Source: Dicyema japonicum (taxonomy: Eukaryota > Animalia > Dicyemida). Taken from it: 64,000 nucleotides of DNA. Below, one piece after another: positions 51,950 to 64,000 of this stretch. Numbering within the stretch: the first letter of the stretch is position 1; each line of letters starts with the position of its first letter. A program made the translations under genes and the position numbers. Location of the stretch: positions 101,976 through 165,975 of the forward strand of contig RDEW01000004.1 of assembly GCA_011109175.1 (NCBI GenBank), read 5' to 3'. The notes beneath the pieces are model-generated. The model made no database searches. It was not told the origin of the DNA and worked only from the letters and a program-made list of their open reading frames with translations.

Positions 51950-54799
51950 GTGAGATGGTTACGTGCCTCGTTTCTTTTCTATACAACGGTTAAGAAAATG
52001 TCTAAAAAGCAGAAGATACAAGAGAATATGATTGCCCTAATGCTTCTTACTTTCAATGCTAGAGGAATATCTCAGCCAAGAAATACTCTCTGTGATGACC
52101 TAGAAAGATATAACGTTTATATTGGCTGTATACAAGAGACGAAAATTAGGTACTATCTCGATGAAAACCATGGAAATATCGACTAATATGTCTACCCAGT
52201 GACTCAAAACACTATGGTCTTGGATTCCCCATTCACAGAAAACTATCATCTGACATCAGTCGCATTTGGCGGCTGAATGACAGGATCTACGTAATACAGA
52301 TCCGATCTGAACAACCAATGTTCCCCTAAAAATACACTAAATTATAAATGTATATGTACCACATTGTGGAAGAGTGGCAAAAAAGCCGACCGAACTGGAT
52401 GAATTCTACTCAGCATTATCAAAGACGTATAATGAATATGAGTCGTCCTCACTTATATTCATTGCTGGCGATCTAATGAGAAAAGTGGAACAAAAAAGAA
52501 CTCAGAAGATACCTTCATGGGAAGACACGGACGTACTTGGCCATTTCTGGACGGCAGACAAATTGTTCTTGTGCAACACTGCATTCTCTCATCGTGCATG
52601 CCACATAACCACTTGGATGGGGAACGAAGAAACCCAGATGAAAACTAGTCTCTATATACAACCAAATGCTGGATTAACGACAGACGCTCTCTTATAAACC
52701 CACGCTCATACGAAGGTTCAACAAATGTCAGCGATCACAGAATGGTTATTGTCACCTTCAGCCTGGCGAACCATGGTATCAAACATAAGAAACATAACAA
52801 CATTACAAACAATAATTGAGACCACAAGAAATGGTTACGCAACGGAAAACTGATCTCTCATCCAGATACAGTCAAAAATTATTAAAAATACATCTGCTCT
52901 CATCTGAAGGACCTAACAGTAGGAATTTCGTGGGATCACAAAGAATATAATAAACAAAGCAGCAAGCCAGTACCTCGGCACGCGGGACCAGTATGGGTCG
53001 GACGATACATACAGAACTAGCAAAGGAGTTAAAGAGAAATCCATACAAAAAAACTAACGAAAAAGACTATAACAAGAGAAAAGCCCTTCAGGGGTAGAAG
53101 GACCATATCCGTAGAAAAATCAGGAGACTGAACAAGAAATTCCACCAAGAAAACTGCTTCGCAAAATCAATGAAGTAACCAAACTAAAAGATAATTCACA
53201 AATGAATATGGCCGTTCGTCACACAAACCGGAAGGAACGAATAATCATCAAAGACAAAAATGGCAAGACAATACTGAATACTAAAGAGCAAGCGGAGGCA
53301 ATTGCAACACATTTTGAGAAACTTTTCAATGTGACTACAGCAATCCCCCCATTCAAAGGAAAGCCTAGACCCTTGAAAAAACCAATTACAATTTTGGAAG
53401 TAAAAACAGCATGTCAAAAACTAAAAAATAACAGAAGCCCTGGACCAGATACGATGAACCCAGAATTACTGAAATACGGCTTGACCCCTTTTTGAAAAAA
53501 TCGCTTGAAAACTTAAGACCAATTATATTATCAAATTCTCTACGGAAAGTATTAGCTAACATTGTATTGGAACAAATAAAAAAACTCGCCTATGAATACT
53601 TACCCGAAAGTCAAAGTGAGTTCAGAGAAGGAAGATCAACAGCTGATGTAGTCTAGAGTCACAGATAGAGATGTGCAACACATCAAAGATATTGCAATGC
53701 CACCCACATTCTGGGAATAGATCTATCAAAAGCCTTCGACTCGGTTAACAGGAACAAATTGACGACAGTGCTGGAAGGTTTATTGACGAATCGAGTCTAA
53801 AAATGATCAAAATCCTTCCATTTATCACAGAGCTCCTTGTGAGAGTTGGAAAAACCTACTCAAGAAAATTTGAAACAAACATAGGCACTCCTCAAGGAGA
53901 CTCCCTCTTTCCGCTACTATTCACAATATTCTAGGAGGCCGCTATAAGGGAACTAAGACCATTATACCAAGGAAAAATGGAAGAAGTGATTTATGCTGAT
54001 AATGTCGACCTAATCTCCGAGGACAAAGAACTCCTGGAACATGTACTAGAAAAAGCACCAGATATACTTGGGAAATGGTTGCTCACCGTGAATAAAGAAA
54101 AAACAGAAAGGACAGAAATAAGACGAATGAATAACTCACTCGAAGAGAAATGGAGACACACAAAGAAACTTGGTTCTTTGTTAGGAGATAGTGAAGATAT
54201 CATACGGAAAAAAACCATGGCACACGCGGCACTACACAAGCTAAAAAACCTATGGCTAAAACGGAAAGGGAATAACATAAAACAAAAAATAATGGTATAC
54301 GACACCTTTATCAAACCAATCCTCCTATACAACTCTTGGACCTGGGGCACCTGAAAAGAGGAAATGGAGAGGCTAGACTCGTTTCACAGGAATCATCTAA
54401 GAAACATGACTGCAATTTCCTGGCCATCCAAGATCTCCGGAAAAAACAGTACAATAATTGTGACTGTACACCAATAAGTCTCATGATCACTAGGTCTCCG
54501 TGGAGACTTTTTAAACACTTCCTGAGGTTTGACCCTACATCCCCCCGAATATCGCCATAGAAGATTACTACTCCTCCAGTGTAAATCGCTTTCGTGGGAG
54601 ACCAAGAATAACCTTCCCGATCGTTTTACAAAACAATCTGAAAACTGTAAAGAAAACATTGGCATCGGACGACGCCCTGGACATACAGAGGGATCTGATT
54701 AACAACAGAAAAGCTTTTAGCAAGCTAACTTTTTATCTTATATTTTTTGCTGCACATGCGGGGCTATAAATATCATGGCTCTCGTGAAAGTGCTAATAA
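51950..54799 (+). mobile_element. Full-length RTE-clade LINE (frameshifted) inserted in the 28S fragment
   Basis: ATG at 51998. LLTFNARG, CIQETK, FIAGDL, SPGPD, GIDLSKAFDSVNR, GTPQGDSLFPLLF, YADNVDL, FIKPILLYN. 15-bp TSD TAATCACTTT(T/A)ATTG at 51935-51949 and 54800-54814. Confidence 0.93.
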
Positions 54800-55225
54800 T
54801 AATCACTTTAATTGCGCCGCATGGAATAACTCCATTATACTTGCTAGTACGGTAATCTCCTTGGTCCGTGTTTCAAGACGGGTCGGATAGAACACCCTTG
54901 CATGTAAATCAAGCAAATGTCATTCCTCAGTGTTTACTAGTTGGTTATAAACTGCAGTCATCAAATAGAAAGCAACTAGCGTTGCTACCCATAAAACACA
55001 CAGGCAAACATAACCAACTAAAACACTCATTACAGCTGTTAGTATCGAACAACATCAGGACTCTATCCGCTTCTTACTAAACGGTTTCACGCACTTTTAA
55101 CCCTTTTCTCAAAGTTCTTTTTAACTTTCCCTCACGGTACTTGTCCGCTATCGAACTCGTGCATTTATTTAGTCTTAGGGGAAGCTTTCTACCCACTTTG
55201 GCTTGTATTCACAAGCAAGCTCAAC
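54800..55225 (-). rRNA. 28S (LSU) rRNA fragment, probable pseudogene, right (5') part
   Basis: GGTCCGTGTTTCAAGACGG (LR3 site) at 54863 and AACTTTCCCTCACGGTACTTGTCCGCTATCG near 55120-55155. Collinear with 51224-51949 once the RTE is removed. Confidence 0.9.
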
Positions 55226-55469
55226 AACTAACAAGAAACAGAAAGACTATAAAATGTTAAGATAAATAACAGTATAGGATGCAAACTTGCAGTTCTCAGT
55301 CTGATTGAATTTAGCATGTTGAGTTTGGAAGAGGATATGGAAACCTTCTTGGGGCACATATTATATTGTTAGAAAGATGACCTGGTTATAAAATCTGGAT
55401 ATGCAGTCACAGGAGTGAAGGGGCACTTTTTTTTATAATTGTCTTCAATACGTTCAACTTTTGGAGTTC

Positions 55470-55860
55470 GTTGGTCAAAACTTATTTATCGTGATGAGAG
55501 AAGGTAATTAGTGAGTCGTACATAACCCCGAGAATCTTCTGTTTCCTGGATATCGTAATGGGTGTGTCTCCAACTTAGACTTTAATCTCTCATTTGGAAA
55601 GCCTGAGATAAATATCATGAATGTATATTTTGCCACAGACACCGTAAGAGAATTAATACCGAACCAATCATGAACCATGGTGAGGTTTAATTAGAGAGTG
55701 GTAGCCGTGGGGATCAGTTCCTAACGGCGATAAGCTAAGAAAAACACATCTGTATCATTGACATTGGGAATTTCGGATAAAAGCAAATTGAATAATGGAA
55801 GGGACAGTGGAGATCCGTGTGGTGCACTTTCCTGTAACGACAAGAAATTGAACTGTGAAT
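55470..55860 (-). mobile_element. LINE RT fragment
   Basis: Paralogous to 59560-59830 along its length. Confidence 0.7.
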
Positions 55861-56293
55861 GGCATAAGTCGTTCAGCAACCTTTTTATGCAAGAGGGGAT
55901 TCTTCAAAAGCTGCCGATGAACTCTTAAACCCTACTTAGAATTATACATTTAAAAACGAATCAAATGAATTCTCAATTGATTCTGCATTCTAAAAATTCT
56001 TCCAAAAGATATATTAAGGACTAAGACGATAAAAGAAAACGCTGGGCAGGGTTAAAATAACGGTTAACAAAGAAATACGACACAAGAGAAAACTGATTAG
56101 TTAGTGTTTTTTTTCAAACGAGCTATTAATAATAAAATGACTCACTATTACGCCAAACAACCGTAAAAATATCGCTGATATATACCACAAAAAATATTTC
56201 TTAAGGATAATCTTGAATGTTTAATAGTAGGGAATTTAAGTTGGAAACAAAATTACTGATGATCAGTTAGTACGTTAAATATTAGTAAGCCGC

Positions 56294-57981
<1,688 letters not shown>

Positions 57982-58084
57982 GTTGGGAGAACTCAAATAA
58001 TTATCTTTATTTTTAAAATTTACGATTATATTTTTTATTATACAAAATAAATAGAATTGCATTTACCTCATTTTATTTTTTAGC

Positions 58085-59235
58085 ACCTTCAAACAACCGA
58101 AGACAATCTATCCTCAACTATCTCGGTGACCTGAGTATCCTCAACAACCCAGATTCCCATACAAGGACCCCTCAGAAAACTACTGATGTACCCACATCCC
58201 CGGATATTATTCTACGACTCAAAATTCAAAGTTGCGATGAAATTCAAAAATTTATCGAAAGCAAACTGGGCGGGCTTCACCAAGTATGTGGATTCTCAAC
58301 TTTCTGGGATGCAGATATCACGATTGATAAAGCAGCAAATGTGCTAAGGATTTCCATTCTCACAGCGTCAAATTATTCTTTTTCATGTCCTCATATAAGA
58401 ACTTCAACCCAAGCTATGCCACACACCCTTAGTTTCCTAAAGAATATGCTCAAATAGTTAGGAACGCAGGGACTATTGACTCTATAAGACAACATCTCCA
58501 TTTCATGACAAATAATACAGTATAAACGAACATGAACCTGTATAATTAGATTCCTCAACCACAAGAGTTCATGCAACTCCTTCTGGAAGATTCTGAACAT
58601 AGCTTGAAGATGAGGACGTTGTCGCTTCCATACCAATAAAGAATAAAATCAAACTCGCTAACAGGCTTATCAACAACTATGATAAGTTACAAAACCACCC
58701 AAAATCCTTTAAGATCAATACTCACCCATAAATATCAGCGCCAATTCCCAATATTACTTTTTTTCACGGAAGACAATCTGTTCATTATGGGATTCGCGTG
58801 ACTGTGACCCCGCGATGGAGTGTCATTTTGATGAGCGTACTCCCAAACATCTTAGGTCTCTCATCTTTCCTTAGCATTATCAAATTTGTTCTTTCAAAAT
58901 GTCCCACAGATTGATGACTCGAACATACTGTTCGCTTCCTATGCACGTTTTTTATGAAATCGAACAGATCCTACCCTCATCACTTCTCTGTCGGAGTCGT
59001 CAATACGAAGGAATAGCCTGCGGTTCTTCCAAGAACAAGGCAATCCACTATGTTCATCCTTGGTACGGTCTGAAAATAAACGATCTTTCCTCAGACATCC
59101 TTCCCCCATCGACTTCTTGCATAGGTACATCTCAAACACTTCCGGTAAATGTTGTGATTCCTCGATGAGGACATGATAATGGAGAGGGTTATAATGTGAA
59201 CCGGGATCACCTATTAGTTCAGTAATTATTATTTT
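58085..59235 (+). mobile_element. Internally deleted LINE (APE end, linker, 3' end)
   Basis: LSILNNPDSHTRTP, NLSKANWAGFTKYV, and a GIT terminus at 59203. Confidence 0.65.
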
Positions 59236-59239
59236 ATTT

Positions 59240-60600
59240 GAGAACTCCAAGATCATCAATAAAGATGTTAGAAATACTAATTAAGTGATCCCACCTTCCA
59301 TTAATTCCCGGATTCTCCTTACATGGTCTTCTAATATCCCAATTGTAGAACGGTATAGTCTCCACGAATGCATACAAAGGTACTGGATCAAGGTTTCCTT
59401 CTTTAGGACCGATCGATGTTCCTCTAATCGAGAAATTGTATCCCCCAATGGGTTTCCTGGTTATCTGCGAAAACACAGAAATCCCTGGCCATACTTCCTC
59501 GTGGATTCTTCTGAAAAGAGAGTGAGAGGAGGTTGTAATAGTGTAGGATGATGAGATAAGGTTATTAAAGAGTCGTAAATAATTCCTAGAATCTTCTGTT
59601 TCTTGGATATCGGAATAGAAGTGTTCTCAACGTACACCATGTTCTCACATTTAGACTTCCTATCCCAAGTAAATATCATGAATGTGCTTTTTTGCCGCAG
59701 AGATCCTAAGAGAATTTATAGCGGACCAATCATGCACCCTGTTGAGGTGCGATTGGATAGCGGCAACAGCGAAGGATAGGGATCGGTTCCTAGCGACGAT
59801 AATAATCTCATCTGCAAAAGTTAGGAATAGCATGTCTGGATCATTGACGTTTGGATTTTTGTACAAAAATAAGGTGAATAATACAAGGGACAATGGGAAT
59901 CCTTGAGGTACACTGTTTGGTAACAGCCGAGATATTGAATTATTGTGCCCTACCGGACTCTTCCCCGTCGTCTGGAAAGGAAATTGCTCAGCCAGTTTTA
60001 TATTCGGACTAAGTCTCAAAAATCTTTTTCGTTAGCAGAGGCCTCGAGATAGAGTCGAATGCCTTTTTAATGTAAAGCTGTTCGTACATGAGTTTTTGGT
60101 GTGTTGAAAACAGTGGTGATAAATTTTGAGACATCCAAGAATCGTCGATTTTGAGTGACCAAGGCTGAAGTCTAGTTGGAGGGAACGAAGGTGGTACGAA
60201 GTAGTCATCTTTGGCTTTCCTGTTTCAGAATAGGTGTGTTCAAGTCATATTGGGGAGAACGTGTTGATATAATAATTGTACAAGTCCTTCTCATCGATTT
60301 CCACTCCATGTTAATACAGTTTTGGCACGCGGTCGAAGATGTTTGAGGTGGATTGATGATATCCCATTAGGTCCACAGGCACATAGTGAAGCAATGAAAT
60401 CATCTACCTCATGAATCATCACCGAAATAGGTAATTGGAGCTGGGGTTTTAAATTGCAGTACTCCATCCGTACGAAACGGGCATAGTCCTCGTGGCTTTG
60501 CCGACGTTGAGTTTTATTAGATTATTCGGGTGATTTTAAGTAGACTGTGGGGGACTCAGTAATCACCCGCTACCTTTCTCGTTGATGGTACTAGCTGCTA
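59240..60600 (-). mobile_element. Degenerate LINE RT and 3' end
   Basis: SVPQGFPLSLVLFTLF, FADEIII, KILGIIYD, and YRSTIGILEDHVRRIRELMEGGIT-stop. Confidence 0.85.
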
Positions 60601-60665
60601 GTAACTAGCACCTTTGTTCTCGGTGTTCCTGGGGTTATATAAATAAGTATTTTCTAATTAAAAAT

Positions 60666-61776
60666 TCTACGGGGATCCCCATGCTACGCCGAAAAAGACC
60701 TTCTATCGTTAATTGATATGGATATCCGGTCAACGATGGGGTCCATTCTTAATGTTCGTTTTGATGATTTCGGATGGTTACAGGCCTTGGGTCTTTCTCT
60801 TCCTTCGGACGTTGCTTTGGGCGCCTATTTATCTTCGTTCGGCTCGTCAAGGCGTTTAGTGGATACGGTCCTTCACTCTACTTCCGGACTAAACGTACCG
60901 CTGACGCCGTCGGGAGCCTGGGATGAATGGATGAATTTGTACCTGAATGCTCCGGCCAATTGTGATAAGCAAAAGTCCTATTTGTTTTGTGTCTTCGAAA
61001 AGAAGAAAGAGTCCCTTGAAAAGACGGAAGATGTAAGAAGGCTTGCCTGCCTCAAAACAGCCAGTTGTCACTCGACGGGGGCCTGGATGAACGCTTATCA
61101 ATCTGCCGAAATTGGAAACCTGTTGGATGATGAGGCTGTGAGAATAGCTACCTCGCTTCGTCTTGGTCTTAAATTGTGTGCCGAAAGAAAATGCCGCTGT
61201 GGACGTTGGATCGATCCTTTTGGTTATCATCCCTTGTCATGCAAGATGAGTGCGGGTCGTTTCCCCAGGCACTCCTGTCTTAACATGACATTAAAGAATT
61301 CCCTTGCCTCTGCTGGACACCATTGCCTGTTAGAACCTGCTGGTCTTTCCGAAACGATGGAAAACGCCCTGATGGGATGACGACTTTTCCATTCGCCAAC
61401 GGACGAAACCTGATCTGGGACGCGACGTGTGTTGATACTTATTCCCCGTCTAATTTGGTTGCTTCTGCTTCAGACCCAGGACATGCTTCAAAGCAAACCA
61501 AGGAACGAAAGAGGAGGAAGTACCAGAGAATTTCGGAGGAGTATCTTTTTGTTCCATTCGCGGTGGAAACGTCAGTAATCCTTGGCCCCCAAGCAGATGA
61601 GTTGATTCGTAAGATCGGCTCCATGATTCAAGCTGTGACCAAGGATCCGCGAGAGACTGGTTGGTTCCGAGAACGTATATCGTTGGCTATTGTTAGGGGA
61701 AATAGCATGGCCATTCAGATGCCTTAATTTAATTTTTATTCATTTGATAATAAAATCATTTAAATGAACAAAAAAA
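60666..61776 (+). mobile_element. 5'-truncated CRE-clade retrotransposon with zinc finger and restriction-like endonuclease
   Basis: CRCG...HPLSC zinc finger, GRFPRHSCLN, RPDGMT.FPF.NG..L.WDATCVDT (PD-D RLE), RISLAIVRGN. A-tail and a candidate 10-bp TSD AATTAAAAAT at 60656-60665 and 61777-61786. Confidence 0.92.
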
Positions 61777-62578
61777 AATTAAAAATACTGGATGATTGAT
61801 AAAATGGGCAATGTCAATGCGGATACGTTTTATCGAACCTGAGCCCAATTGATTAATTAAATATTGCACGGGGAAGTGGCAAGATTCCCTGTCCAGTTCG
61901 AGACTCTCGGACTGGCCCCAGCCAACAAAAGGCCTGACAAGATAACTCTCTTCCCATGGAAAAGTGGTATATAGCTTGCCTGGGACACCACCTCCTGTGT
62001 AGATAACCTTGTTTTCTGTCGTGACTGAATGGCTAAGTCTCTTTGAATAGCCTTGCTGTTCCGGCTTCTTGATTCCCCTAATTATACGGAATCATGTTTT
62101 TAATAATATAAAAAATCGTTTACTTTGATTTCTTAAACTATTTTTGTTTGCTACATTATTAACGACATAGATAAAATTATATTAATTATCCTTTAAAACG
62201 AGCACCTTCAAACAGAGACCCCCCAATTAGACCAGACAGGATTTGAAACCAAGTGATGAATCCATAAAACTTCTCCATAGTCACCTCTTCCATACTCGTA
62301 AGAAGACAATGTATTTCATCCATCAGTAGACATTATGTACGTCATCACCATCTCAACTTTATGACTAATTAATCACTTGGGTAAAACTGGTCAGATTAGT
62401 AAACTCTTGAATTGCTTATTCTAATTACCCACTAATACAAAAATTAGTTGGAATAGTTAACGTATTAATTCTAATAATGTATTGTGGATAATCAAAAATC
62501 AATAAAACATTATACTTAAAATTCATTAGAAAGGAGAAAATCAAAAATTAATAAAGAAATCAAATAGTCCATTAAGAA

Positions 62579-64000
<1,422 letters not shown>

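Noticed and set aside
55290-55345. Plus-strand TGAATTTAGCATGTTGAGT...GAGGA...GAAAC faintly like the 28S 5' start
   Set aside because: Wrong strand relative to the relic, short and low identity. Cannot be told from chance by eye.
60600-61800. Spliced-leader RNA gene as the CRE target
   Set aside because: No tandem unit, SL exon/GT donor or convincing Sm site was seen in the flanks.

Overview
AT-rich (roughly 36% GC by eye) eukaryotic genomic DNA using the standard genetic code, almost certainly from a highly derived animal. Evidence: a p38 MAPK with a TGY motif, Furry, a signal-peptide/LRR/TM receptor and a very divergent 28S rRNA relic. Nearly all genes are cut by tiny GT-AG introns, mostly 22-28 nt. 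This suggests a dicyemid-type or other miniaturised parasite genome (inference; a search with the 28S fragment would decide). Recognisable genes are PDI, p38 MAPK, FRY, CDC16/APC6, LTV1, an LRR transmembrane protein, RRS1, DLD and the 3' part of VCP/p97, plus one or two unidentified intron-containing genes. About half the window is decayed mobile DNA: many I/Jockey-group LINE pieces, RTE-clade LINEs (two full-length copies), CRE-clade retrotransposons with a restriction-like endonuclease, a Mutator/MULE element, a hAT (Buster-like) fragment, a possible Tc1 relic and a MITE. The most unusual signals are: (1) the palindrome CACGTG occurs at least 38 times, about 5x expectation, including inside exons in all three reading frames; (2) a full-length RTE is inserted in an orphan 28S rDNA fragment; (3) a three-level nest RTE > MULE > CRE; (4) a LINE flanked by a ~64-bp target-site duplication; (5) a LINE family with a conserved, unfamiliar C-terminal motif. 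No CRISPR array, tRNA or intact rRNA operon was found. All counts and alignments were done by eye.
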